DNA of 64,000 bases from Verrucomicrobiia bacterium. Its GTDB lineage: Bacteria > Verrucomicrobiota > Verrucomicrobiia > Limisphaerales > UBA1319. Made by a program: the position numbers and the translations under genes. Shown one piece after another: positions 10,095 to 19,330 of the stretch. Under the pieces are notes generated by a model. That model was not told where the DNA came from and did no database searches. It was given only the letters and a program-made list of their open reading frames with translations. How positions within the stretch are numbered: the first letter of the stretch is position 1; each line of letters opens with the position of its first letter. The stretch covers positions 832,001-896,000 of the forward strand of contig OY760937.1 in the NCBI GenBank assembly GCA_963664225.1, in the 5' to 3' direction.

Positions 10095-11606
10095 ATGAAC
10101 CCACTCGTCCGCTGGATTGCCAGGTTATCGTGTGTGGGTCTGTGCTGTTTCGCCAGCCAGGCTCAAGCGCAAACAATCGATCTTGGTATGTTTGAAGGGC
10201 AAAAGGACATTGGAGACAACCGCAAACCGGGTTTTGCCGAGTATCATTCTGACAGCCAAAGTTACCTGGTGGGAGGTGGCGGCGAGAACATGTGGTTCAC
10301 CAATGACGCGTTCCATTTCGTGTGGAAGAAGATGGATGGGGATTTTGCGTTTGAGTCCAAGGTCAGTTGGGTGGGAGAAGGCGGGAATGCGCATCGCAAG
10401 GGATGTCTGATGATCCGGCAGACGTTGGATTCGGATTCTCCCTATATCGATGCCGCGCTGCATGGCGATGGATTGACTTCACTGCAATACCGCGAGGTTC
10501 GAGGTGGGATGACGCGTGAAATCCAGTCGAATGTGACCAAGCCTGCCAAGCTTCGCATCGTGCGACAGGGGGACGCGTTTACCTTGTGGCTCGCGGGCGA
10601 GGATGGGGCCATGGTTTCATCCGGTTGCGCGCATCGTCTGACCTTCAGCGGGCCCGTGTATGTGGGATTGGCCGTGTGCGCGCATGACAACAGCACACTT
10701 GAAAAGGCGCGCTTTTCGGAAATCTCCATTCAACCCAGGCTTAAAGCCGCTGCGGAAAAGCAGGTGCTTCAATCCACTCTGGAAACGATGGCCATTGCTT
10801 CGAAGGACCGCAAAACAGTTTATCATTCACTCGATCCCTTTGAAGCGCCCAACTGGTCGCGGGACGGGCGTTATCTTCTTTATAACGGCCAGGGCAAAAT
10901 GTGGCGGATGCCGCTGGGTGGTCGCCAACCGGAGCCGGTGGATACGGGGTTTGCGATTCACTGCAACAACGATCATGGAATTTCATTCGATGGCAAGACG
11001 CTGGCCATCAGCGACCAAACCAAGGGCGGCAAATCGTTGATTTATACGCTGCCGGTGGAGGGTGGAATCCCACGCCAAATCACGGCCACCGGTCCTTCGT
11101 ATTGGCATGGATGGTCGCCGGATGGCAAATCTCTTGTTTATTGCGGGGAACGCGGTGGGGAGTTCGATGTTTACAAGATTTCGACGGAGGGCGGCTCCGA
11201 GACGCGCCTGACGACGGCGAGTGGTTTGGACGACGGTCCTGAATATACCGCGGACGGGAAATGGATTTATTTCAATTCGGACCGGACGGGGAGCATGCAA
11301 ATCTGGCGCATGGCCCCGGACGGAAGTGGGCAGGAACAAGTGACCAGGGATTCCTTTAATAATTGGTTTGCGCATCCATCCCCGGATGGCCGTTGGATTG
11401 TATTTCTCTCTTATGAAGCGGATATAAAAGGGCATCCCGCCAATAAACCTGTCATGCTGCGGCTCATGCCGCTGGGTGGCGGACCGATCGATACTTTGGC
11501 GACCTTATTTGGCGGGCAAGGCACCATCAATGTGCCCTCCTGGTCTCCGGACAGCCGCAATATTGCCTTTGTCAGTTATGAATTCGTCACGGTAAATGGA
11601 AAATAG
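10095..11606 (+). CDS. TolB-like PD40 beta-propeller protein with N-terminal lectin-like domain
   Basis: Signal peptide; repeated WSPDG/SPDG motifs; exact start uncertain (10083 or 10095). Confidence 0.85.
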   Translation: MNPLVRWIARLSCVGLCCFASQAQAQTIDLGMFEGQKDIGDNRKPGFAEYHSDSQSYLVGGGGENMWFTNDAFHFVWKKMDGDFAFESKVSWVGEGGNAHRKGCLMIRQTLDSDSPYIDAALHGDGLTSLQYREVRGGMTREIQSNVTKPAKLRIVRQGDAFTLWLAGEDGAMVSSGCAHRLTFSGPVYVGLAVCAHDNSTLEKARFSEISIQPRLKAAAEKQVLQSTLETMAIASKDRKTVYHSLDPFEAPNWSRDGRYLLYNGQGKMWRMPLGGRQPEPVDTGFAIHCNNDHGISFDGKTLAISDQTKGGKSLIYTLPVEGGIPRQITATGPSYWHGWSPDGKSLVYCGERGGEFDVYKISTEGGSETRLTTASGLDDGPEYTADGKWIYFNSDRTGSMQIWRMAPDGSGQEQVTRDSFNNWFAHPSPDGRWIVFLSYEADIKGHPANKPVMLRLMPLGGGPIDTLATLFGGQGTINVPSWSPDSRNIAFVSYEFVTVNGK

Positions 11607-11945
11607 GAGGGCGGAGGGCGGAGGAAATGGATAATTGACAATCGAAAATGGACAATGAAGCCAACTTCGAATTAGGCAATCCGTGGGAGAAGAGAATTAT
11701 ACATGGATAATCAGGATGGGCAGGATTTTTAACCACGGATATGACGGATGGCACGCAAGAAGGCGAGCGCTGACTGAGCGGCACCTCTCCACGCCGCGCG
11801 GTGACTTCCTGCCGCTCCAAGGGGCGACTGGATGGCTGGAATAAGCGCATAAATCGCAAAATGGAGTTTCTGCAGCGCCGCAACACGCTAATTTCATGCG
11901 GTTTACACATTTTGGAGAGCCTCAAGAACCACGCAGATGAGGGTA

Positions 11946-11973
11946 TTGACATTATTCCTGTGAGGAATATCTT
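11946..11973 (+). promoter_or_regulatory. Sigma70 promoter with palindromic operator for the TA pair
   Basis: TTGACA (11946-51), 16 nt, TATCTT (11968-73); palindrome TATTCCT-gtg-AGGAATA at 11953-11969. Confidence 0.7.
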
Positions 11974-12339
11974 ATGGAGCCGATGTGGCACTTTGAGCCG
12001 ACAACTCAGTGGCGGAAAGATGTCCGCTTCTATGAAAAGAAGCACCCGAACGAGCTGGCGGCTGTCCTGCGAAATTTGGAACGATACGAAAAACAATTGA
12101 ATATTACCGCGAATTCCCGGTCAATTGCGGCCGGTTATCTGCATGCTGAACCACTGGGCATTCTTGCAATTGACCAGAAGGGAGGCGGTGGCAACCTTCA
12201 AGAGACACGGCTTTACACGTATGCGGATGATGTTAAAAAAGTCGTTTATCTTATTACAATAGGGAATAAAGACAGCCAGGCAGGTGACATTGCGGTCAGT
12301 AAAGAATTTGTCGAAACCTTACGCCAAAAAGCGGAATAG
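11974..12339 (+). CDS. RelE/HigB-like type II toxin (start may be ATG 11983)
   Basis: 121 aa; RLY...VYLITIGNKDSQAGDI resembles the G.K..Q..DI motif of HigB/addiction-killer toxins; lies upstream of an XRE HTH gene. Confidence 0.7.
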   Translation: MEPMWHFEPTTQWRKDVRFYEKKHPNELAAVLRNLERYEKQLNITANSRSIAAGYLHAEPLGILAIDQKGGGGNLQETRLYTYADDVKKVVYLITIGNKDSQAGDIAVSKEFVETLRQKAE

Positions 12340-12348
12340 GAATTTACC

Positions 12349-12948
12349 ATGAATACAGAGCTTGAAAAGAAAGGCGCTGCCCGGCCCACGGGCAAACGCT
12401 ATGCCTCCGTTCAGGATCTTCTCCAGGGAGAGAAAATCACACCGGACGTGCACTCGAAGATCAACGAATTGAGGAAAGAGACCCGCCTGGCGGAAATCCT
12501 GGCCGAATTGCGTGTGAAGGCTGGATTTACCCAGGAGCAGGTGGCCCAACGATTTGGCGTCACCCAGAGCGCCATCTCGAAATTGGAAAGCGGGCGGGAT
12601 GAAGACCTGACTCTGGGGGAAATCCGCAAATACGCGGAACTTACAGGCCAGCGGATCGGACTGTTGTTGGGAAAACCACTGACCCATGTGGAAGCAGTGA
12701 AGGTCCACGCATTGGAAATTAAGAGCCGCTTAACCGCCCTGGCCAAACTTGCGCACAAAGACGAGGAGATTGAGCAAGCCATCCAGGGTTTCTTCGGCGA
12801 GGCATTTTTCAATATTCTCGATATTTTGTCGAAATGCCATCAGCAGATGCCCCACAGTTCCGGTTTTCAACTGAAAGTGGAACTCATCGGGACACCGTCA
12901 TCCAAGCCCGCCGCCACACTGGCTGAGCCTTCAGACAGAGGGGAGTGA
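12349..12948 (+). CDS. XRE-family HTH antitoxin (HigA-like) with extended C-terminus
   Basis: LRVKAGFTQEQVAQRFGVTQSAISKLESG HTH_3 motif. Confidence 0.85.
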   Translation: MNTELEKKGAARPTGKRYASVQDLLQGEKITPDVHSKINELRKETRLAEILAELRVKAGFTQEQVAQRFGVTQSAISKLESGRDEDLTLGEIRKYAELTGQRIGLLLGKPLTHVEAVKVHALEIKSRLTALAKLAHKDEEIEQAIQGFFGEAFFNILDILSKCHQQMPHSSGFQLKVELIGTPSSKPAATLAEPSDRGE

Positions 12949-12981
12949 AAATCAGGCGGCTGAAAAAAAAGAACTGCCTGG

Positions 12982-13137
12982 CCGGCATTGAAGCGCGATC
13001 CGAATCGGCCCGAGGACGTGCTGAAGGTGGAAGTGGATGAAGACGGCAACGGCGGCGACGATATGGCCGATGCGCTGCGATATCTGATCGCGAGCAAGGG
13101 AAGGACGGTGGCGGTCAGGTAATTGGTGGAGGTGTGA
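12982..13137 (+). pseudogene. C-terminal fragment of a phage terminase large subunit
   Basis: Translates PALKRDPNRPEDVLKVEVDEDGNGGDDMADALRYLIASKGRTVAVR*LVEV*; DDxxDALRY is the terminase RNase-H-like nuclease tail. No start, internal stop. Confidence 0.65.
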
Positions 13138-13231
13138 GCAACGATCACAGATTAGCGATCCCGCACCAGTGAAGCCCGATATTCAACTGAGACGCGCCCC
13201 GCCCGCCTCCGCTGAAGTGATCTCGTTAGGC
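13136..13231 (-). other. attC site (integron cassette)
   Basis: Minus strand runs GCCTAAC (contains the cassette stop codon) ... GTTGCTC, 96 bp, imperfect inverted repeat. Confidence 0.7.
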
Positions 13232-13534
13232 TGTCTGGTCCACTTCATAGACGAACGCCTTCCCCCGTGAGGACGGTTCCCAGCCAGCAGCCAGTGCCGC
13301 GCGAATCGAATCGGTAAGCCGTCGCTCCGATACCGATGGACGCGGACGCTTTAGTGACGAAACGCTAGTGGTCAATTCCGGCCGGAACTCCAATAGGAGT
13401 TTGCGCGCCGGAAATTCAACGGGCTGAACAGCAAGTGCGAGCCCCTTCCAGCCCTCGCCGCTACACCAAGTCGGGCGGCGGTGACTACACCACTCGAACC
13501 TAACACCGTCAACAGTGACGTTTGATGCTTTCAC
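13226..13534 (-). CDS. Hypothetical cassette protein
   Basis: ORF between two attC sites; GTG start just after GTTGGCC; TAA stop inside GCCTAAC. Confidence 0.65.
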   Translation of the reverse strand: MKASNVTVDGVRFEWCSHRRPTWCSGEGWKGLALAVQPVEFPARKLLLEFRPELTTSVSSLKRPRPSVSERRLTDSIRAALAAGWEPSSRGKAFVYEVDQTA

Positions 13535-13542
13535 TCGATCTT

Positions 13543-13642
13543 GGCCAACAATTGAACTCACACAAGCCGGACCAAACGATGCTGCCCGCGAAGCGGAACT
13601 GCGACGGCCATCCCGCGTTGTGCTTGCGGCGATTTATTAGTC
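13543..13642 (-). other. attC site (slightly degenerate R'')
   Basis: Minus strand GACTAAT...CACAACGCGGGATGGCCGTCGCAGTTCCGCTTCGCGGGCAGCATCGTTTGGTCCGGCTTGTGTGAGTTCAATT-GTTGGCC. Confidence 0.7.
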
Positions 13643-13657
13643 CACCGCGACTGTAAA

Positions 13658-14101
13658 TCAAGTGTCATACTCTCCGCTGTCCCAAGGTTCATGAAACGCC
13701 ATATAATTCCCAGGCAGCAACTTAACCCACCAATCGTCATCATCCTCTTCTGGCGGGCGTGCCACCAAACCGAATGTCGTGCCATACCGCTCAACCTCAA
13801 ACGGCTGAACCTCGATGCGATCATGCTCGACCGGACCAAGTTCCGCGAGCCGCTGCTCGAACATTTTGCGTGCTCGCTGCTCATCAAGCTCGGCTCGTGT
13901 GCCCATATCATCGATGCGAGCTTCGAGAAATACTCCGCGCTTGTCGAAAATATACACTGCAATAAACTCCCGTCCGGCACTTCCATCAATAGCTGGGACG
14001 AAGGGCGACGTCACGAAAAACTGGCGACCATCCGGGAGACGACCAATGTGACTTGCGTGATAGTCATCATGGTCAATTGCAATGAGTGTTGGCTTGCTCA
14101 T
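13658..14101 (-). CDS. Hypothetical acidic cassette protein (147 aa)
   Basis: MSKPTLIAIDHDDYHA...PWDSGEYDT; preceded by GTTAGCC (14119-14125) and followed by an attC. Confidence 0.75.
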   Translation of the reverse strand: MSKPTLIAIDHDDYHASHIGRLPDGRQFFVTSPFVPAIDGSAGREFIAVYIFDKRGVFLEARIDDMGTRAELDEQRARKMFEQRLAELGPVEHDRIEVQPFEVERYGTTFGLVARPPEEDDDDWWVKLLPGNYMAFHEPWDSGEYDT

Positions 14102-14184
14102 GGCCTCGTGCATTGGTGGGCTAACTTTGATAATGCGACCAGCAGTCCGTATCTTGGACCGGTAAGAAAATATTCTTGATTCGT

Positions 14185-14510
14185 CGCATGTACGGGATTT
14201 AAACCCTTTTCCACTGCCGGTCAACATCAGAGGTTCGGCCTACGCCGCTGGCTGGGCGGTTTGGGCGCGTGAGAAAAGGCGGAGGGCGCAGGGCGCAGGG
14301 CGGAGAGCGGAGGGCAGAGGTCAGGCCACTGATCCAACTCCTACAGAGTTGGTGGCGCGTGGGTATGTGTAACCCGGGGTAGCTCGTTCCTCGCAACCCC
14401 GGTCTGAATGATTTAATCCCTTCGGGATAATGAGATGGAAATCCCGTGCGGCAGTGGTTGAATGGAGATTAAGCGGCCAGCACGTCTGCCAGACCGGAAC
14501 AGGTCGCGCC
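14185..14510 (-). repeat. Duplicated module copy 1 (half-attC + three-hairpin element + GGAGGGC repeats + promoter + ATG)
   Basis: Aligns by eye with 15758-16145 across two blocks. Confidence 0.85.
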
Positions 14511-14543
14511 ATCCGCCATCCGCTGGAGTGATCCTCGTTAGGC
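14474..14543 (-). other. Truncated attC (left half only)
   Basis: TGA of the upstream gene is immediately followed by GCCTAACGAGGATCACTCCAGCGG..., closely like attC 13136-13231, then breaks into the repeat module. Confidence 0.65.
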
Positions 14544-15149
14544 TCACCGGTTTTCATGTTCAATAGAATTTAAAAACTTTTCATGCTCTGCGACGATCAT
14601 TCGCCAGTTCGGACGCTCATTAGTGCGAATGAAATTAAGGGTTCCTCTTAATCGCTTACGGAACTCGTCCTGCGAGACTCGCTCGCTGCACTCACCTAGC
14701 TGTCCCGTGTGCGGGCGGAAGTCCGATCCGCTGCCAAAATCAACGGGAATGATAATCCAAGCCTTCTCTTTGAATCTGGTGGGTGGAGGGCCATGCCAAT
14801 TCCAGCGTGTTGGACGGTTAAAATACAAGAGGATCAAATCTGGAGCGTCGTCTTCGCGGAGGCCGGGAACGTAGTTGTAATCATTGGTCCACGCCATATA
14901 ACCGCTCAAATTGTCACCAATTATTGCGAGTGAATCTTGGCTCGAGCCTTTAACATTGGGAAAAGGCTCCCGGGCATTTGTGATGTCTCCGCCAGACGGA
15001 TGCATCACGGCCGAAAAGCCCAGCATAATCGTCTTGTGACAGGTCGGCCTTCCATCCCAATCCAAAATGAGGCAGAAGTACCCGAATATCAGTCCGACAA
15101 GGGCGGCAGATATTCCCGCAACCCAGAAAACTACTATTTTCGTCCGCAT
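14544..15149 (-). CDS. Hypothetical membrane-anchored cassette protein
   Basis: N-terminal TM helix; starts 14 nt after GTTGAAC; stop abuts GCCTAAC. Confidence 0.75.
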   Translation of the reverse strand: MRTKIVVFWVAGISAALVGLIFGYFCLILDWDGRPTCHKTIMLGFSAVMHPSGGDITNAREPFPNVKGSSQDSLAIIGDNLSGYMAWTNDYNYVPGLREDDAPDLILLYFNRPTRWNWHGPPPTRFKEKAWIIIPVDFGSGSDFRPHTGQLGECSERVSQDEFRKRLRGTLNFIRTNERPNWRMIVAEHEKFLNSIEHENR

Positions 15150-15163
15150 GGCACGTAGGATTT

Positions 15164-15264
15164 GTTCAACTCAAAGGTCAGTGATGAGAGCCAGCCGCCT
15201 GAGACGTTCGATTTGTCTCTGAGGGAATCGGCTGGCTCCCGGTCGCTGGGCCGGCCTGTTGATC
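15164..15264 (-). other. attC site
   Basis: Minus strand GATCAAC (alternative GTCTAAC at 15271-77) ... GAGCCAGCCG..CGGCTGGCTC arms ... GTTGAAC (perfect GTTRRRY). Confidence 0.8.
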
Positions 15265-15762
15265 GGTCTTGTTAGACTTGGGATAAATCCGCCAAAGCCC
15301 GACCGACTGATCACCCGGATTCCAGCCATACACGCGCCCCCACATCTCACTACCATCGATCAGGCCGACGTATTTTGGGTCTGCCTCGTAGCCCGCGCCC
15401 TCCTGAGTCCAGGAGACAACAATTCCTGTAACCACAAGCGTTTGTGAGCCACCGCTGCGGTTGAAGGTGTGGGGAGCGGGAACAGTGATCTGCCCATTCT
15501 CGCAGTGAAGGATAATCTCACGGGGCGCAAGATGAGACCCTGGAAACCACACATCCATCAAATACGCGCCGGAGGTGATGACGTTACTCCGCGTTTGAAA
15601 ACTTGGGAGCACGCTCCTATCCAAGTCAGCAAATTTATCGTAGCGCCTCATCTCATCCTCCATCAATTCTACCTCTGCGCTCGTGCTGCCCCACCAACGG
15701 CCGATGAAAAATGACACCACCACCGCTCCGACTCCGATAGAGGCTAGGATAAGCTTACGCAT
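15178..15762 (-). CDS. Hypothetical exported cassette protein reading through its attC
   Basis: Signal/TM N-terminus; the C-terminal tail QQAGPATGSQPIPSETNRTSQAAGSHH is encoded by the attC. Confidence 0.75.
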   Translation of the reverse strand: MRKLILASIGVGAVVVSFFIGRWWGSTSAEVELMEDEMRRYDKFADLDRSVLPSFQTRSNVITSGAYLMDVWFPGSHLAPREIILHCENGQITVPAPHTFNRSGGSQTLVVTGIVVSWTQEGAGYEADPKYVGLIDGSEMWGRVYGWNPGDQSVGLWRIYPKSNKTDQQAGPATGSQPIPSETNRTSQAAGSHH

Positions 15763-16145
15763 GTACGGGGTTTAGACCCTTTTCCAATGTTGGTCAATAT
15801 CGGAGGTTCTGTCCACGCCGTTGGCTGGCCGGTTTCGGCGCGAGAGAAAAGGCGGAGGGCGGAGGGCAAACCAGAAGGCGGAGGGCCACAGATTAACACA
15901 GACCGACACAGATCAGGATGGAAAATATGCGGACGGAGGTCAGGCCACGGATCCAACTCCTACAGAGTTGGTGGTGTGGAGGGGGATGCGCAACCCGGGG
16001 TAGCTCGTTCCTCGCAACCCCGGTCTGAATGATTTAATCCCTTCGGGATAATGAGATGGAAATCCGGTGCCGCAGTGGTTGAATGGAGATTAAGCGGCCA
16101 GCACGTCTTGCCAGCACGTCTGCCAGACCGGAACAGGACGCGCCA
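15758..16145 (-). repeat. Duplicated module copy 2
   Basis: Same blocks as 14185-14510; includes a short AGACGTGCTGGC tandem duplication. Confidence 0.85.
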
Positions 16146-16169
16146 CTCGGGGTACACGGATTAAGCAAG

Positions 16170-17465
16170 TCAGCCGGTATGGTTGGGCGCTAATGTCCGA
16201 ATCAATGCCCTGGTCGCCTGGCGGGTTTTCCAGGTGGCGATGTCCAGGCCGCGATTGCACGCGACGAGCACGGCAAAGTCAATTTCGGGCGCGATGGACA
16301 CAACGCTGTGCGATAATCCGTTGCTTCCGCCGTGCCAGAGACGGCGGCCGGTGTCTCCGGGCCGGATTCCTTTTGCCCAACCGGCTGGGCTGATAAACCA
16401 TCCGGCATTGTAAGTCACGGCGGGTGTGTCATCACCCGTTGCCAGGGAGATTGCCCCGCGCAAGACCCGTCCCCCCTTGAAATAAGTTGTGGCGGGTGAG
16501 GCTGCGTGCATTTCCGCAAATGCATCCGGCTTGAGCAGCGCGGCCTGGCCATGGGGATTGGCCGGATCACCGCACAAATGGAGCCCGATGAATTTGGCCC
16601 AATCTGTAATGGTCATGTGTGCCGTGCCGGCCGGGCCGTAGTACATTGGGAATTGCGCGGCGGGGCTGCCTGGGTCAATCGGTTTGCCAACGAACGAGGA
16701 GTGGCCCCAGGGTTGATCGGTTTTACCAGCGGCGCCCGGCTGCCCGAACCCGCCCGTGCTGATGCCCAGTGGCTGGAAGAGTCGTTCGCGCATCAGGTCT
16801 TCCCACGCACGCCCGGTGAGGTGTTCCAGCACGGCCCCCGCGAGAACGTAGCCCTCATTGGAATAGACGAATTTGGTGCCCGGAGGGTTTGTTGGCGCGC
16901 GCGAAAGGGCCTGCCTGGCGATTTCCAGGCGCTGCTGCGGCAAGGTTCCCAGCCGTGATCGCGGGGGCTGCATCAACCCGGGGCCGCTGCGCAAGTTGGC
17001 GAAAGGTGCGCGAAGAAGGTTAAACACCCGGCCCAGGCCGTCCGGGTCAATGCGCAAGCCGGCGCGGTGCGCGAGGACCTGCCGCAAGGTGACTTTCTCC
17101 CACGCCGGGTGCATGGGCTTCACCGTGTCGGCAAAAAGTTCACCCAACGTGGTGGTCCAATTCACCCTGCCATGCTCGACGAGCATCGCGACGAGCGTCG
17201 CGGTCATGGCTTTGCCGCAGGAATTAAGGAGAAATCGATCGTCGAGTGTGATGCGATCCGCGGCCCCTCTCTTGCGGACTCCTGCGACGCCTTGAGCGAC
17301 GATGCAGTTGCCCTGCAGAACGACAGCGGCCATGCCGAAAGATTCGGCCCACCGACCAAGGATCGATTGCAGGATGGCATCAACATTGGCCGGCACGTTG
17401 TCCTCCATCTTCCCGTGGGACAAACTCGCGGGTCTCAATGGATCGGATTTTGGCGCTTCGCTCAT
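16170..17465 (-). CDS. Serine hydrolase, beta-lactamase class C-like family
   Basis: SxxK (SCGK), L.H.AG, YSN and WHGGS motifs; GCCCAAC core at the 3' end (16182-16188). Confidence 0.9.
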   Translation of the reverse strand: MSEAPKSDPLRPASLSHGKMEDNVPANVDAILQSILGRWAESFGMAAVVLQGNCIVAQGVAGVRKRGAADRITLDDRFLLNSCGKAMTATLVAMLVEHGRVNWTTTLGELFADTVKPMHPAWEKVTLRQVLAHRAGLRIDPDGLGRVFNLLRAPFANLRSGPGLMQPPRSRLGTLPQQRLEIARQALSRAPTNPPGTKFVYSNEGYVLAGAVLEHLTGRAWEDLMRERLFQPLGISTGGFGQPGAAGKTDQPWGHSSFVGKPIDPGSPAAQFPMYYGPAGTAHMTITDWAKFIGLHLCGDPANPHGQAALLKPDAFAEMHAASPATTYFKGGRVLRGAISLATGDDTPAVTYNAGWFISPAGWAKGIRPGDTGRRLWHGGSNGLSHSVVSIAPEIDFAVLVACNRGLDIATWKTRQATRALIRTLAPNHTG

Positions 17466-18100
17466 GTTATTAACTTCCAGCAGGAGAATGGGTCAATGCA
17501 CCAGTCTGCCAATGACCCGAACGTCCGGTTTCATGTTGCCGGTTATCAGGCCGTGGTGCAATAAGACAGTGACCTGGCCCACGAAACCGGGTGTGAGACA
17601 AAATTCTCCGGCAGGCGAAAAAAGCGACAAAAAGGGCATGTGAGTATATACGAAACAAATATTGCAAGGGTTTCGGGAATGGCCGCGCGCCGATTGAGGG
17701 TCCGGCAAAAGTCAGATCTGAATGGACGACCGCCCTCCCGGCCTTCCCCCAGGGGGGTATTGGGAGATATCGGTGTATTTGAACGGTTTGAGAGCTGCCA
17801 TCGCGTGGGGTTTAAGTGCGAGGGGAATGAAACTGATCATAAATTCGGATGGGATTTAGCCGCATTTGGAAAGGAAAAGGAGAGCCTCACCCCGTCCCTC
17901 CATCTGGCGACGGAGAGGGAGGAGTATTGGGCGGTTCCGGACGATTGGGTGGTTTGGGAGGTTGCAGCCGCGTGGGTTTTGCGCAAAGGTAATAACCACA
18001 CAGTAAAAGTGACAGAGGGCGGGAAAGGGCGGAGAATTTAACCGCAGTTCCTCGACGGGTGCCAATCAAAGTTCGGGGCGAGGCGGTGAAACGGGTACGT

Positions 18101-18134
18101 AAAAAATCCCCTCCGGTTTAGCGAAGGGGATTTT
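18101..18134 (-). terminator. Rho-independent terminator
   Basis: aaaatcccct...aggggatttt stem with a T-run on the minus strand, downstream of the DUF1559 gene. Confidence 0.7.
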
Positions 18135-18164
18135 GAAAGTTGAATTAAATCAAGCAGGGCGATC

Positions 18165-19043
18165 TTATTTCGAGGATGTCCGCTGAGACAGCCAGTACCA
18201 GTCGCGCCGCTCCTGTTGTGAATTAAGAGTTAATTGCCCGTTATTACCCGTCCTCATTTTGGTGGAGCTTACGAGCCACTTATGGATTTCAGAGTGACCA
18301 TCGGCGAAGGACAAGCCGACCGCCATATTATGGTAGGTGGCGGGCCAATCGATCCATTTCGCCTGATCGCAACTAACGCCAAAGCCGGCGTCATTGATGC
18401 TGCCCTCGTCTTCCTCAATAAAAACCCATGTCATCGAGGGTTTGAGAAAATCCGTGTTTTTTCCAAAAGTCCTCCAAGGACTATTGCGCTTGTGAGTGTG
18501 ATTGCCATCCAACCAGGGTCCATTGACAGATAGGGTGGGGATGCCACTGTGGTTACCGCCTGCATCAAATCCAGGATCCACGGTGCCCACCGCCTGGCTC
18601 ATGGCAAAGCTGCGAACGGTCGGGCGACCGCCAACCATTCTTTTATCGGCGGGGCATTTGTAAATACCGATGTTGTTACCCGTGTATTTCGCCAACACGT
18701 TGTATCTGGCCTCGCGGATATACATGGGGTTTGTGGCTTGCAGGTTGTCGGCCATGTTTCCCGAGCACCAATTGTAACCAGGCACTGTATTCGCGTCATC
18801 AGGATTAGGCGGCAACAGCTCCATATTGTCCGCAGCATACAACTGCAACGCGAGGATCATTTGCTTGCCGTTGTTCATGCAAGTAATGCCTTGGGCCTTG
18901 GTTTTGGCCTTGGCCAGAGAGGGCAGGAGCATGCCGGCCAGAATGGCGATGATTGCAATAACCACTAACAGCTCGATGAGTGTAAAACCGGAAATTCGGG
19001 CTTCGCGCCTTCCACTGCGGCTTATTGGAGTTGAGATACGCAT
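18165..19043 (-). CDS. Prepilin-type N-methylation domain protein (DUF1559/H-X9-DG type)
   Basis: [35 protein letters not shown]9-DGH C-terminus. Confidence 0.92.
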   Translation of the reverse strand: MRISTPISRSGRREARISGFTLIELLVVIAIIAILAGMLLPSLAKAKTKAQGITCMNNGKQMILALQLYAADNMELLPPNPDDANTVPGYNWCSGNMADNLQATNPMYIREARYNVLAKYTGNNIGIYKCPADKRMVGGRPTVRSFAMSQAVGTVDPGFDAGGNHSGIPTLSVNGPWLDGNHTHKRNSPWRTFGKNTDFLKPSMTWVFIEEDEGSINDAGFGVSCDQAKWIDWPATYHNMAVGLSFADGHSEIHKWLVSSTKMRTGNNGQLTLNSQQERRDWYWLSQRTSSK

Positions 19044-19330
19044 AATAAATTGCATTAAGAATGTCTTCAGTTTCGGCCAGCATCCTAATGGGGCTGTCTG
19101 AACGTGTCAAAATTAAAGCAAAGGAGGGAAACAGACAACTGTGCGTTTTGCGGCACAGTGAAAAGAACGATCCGGGCCGGGATTCGAGAAGGGTGCATGG
19201 AATCAGACGTCCAGACTGCATGTTGCTGTATGTGTATTATCATAAGGAAGATGCGAAACAATTGGATGCGATTCTTTGTGTTGCCGACCATGCAGACCCG
19301 CGCTACAATCCATGAAGCAACTCTGCATTT

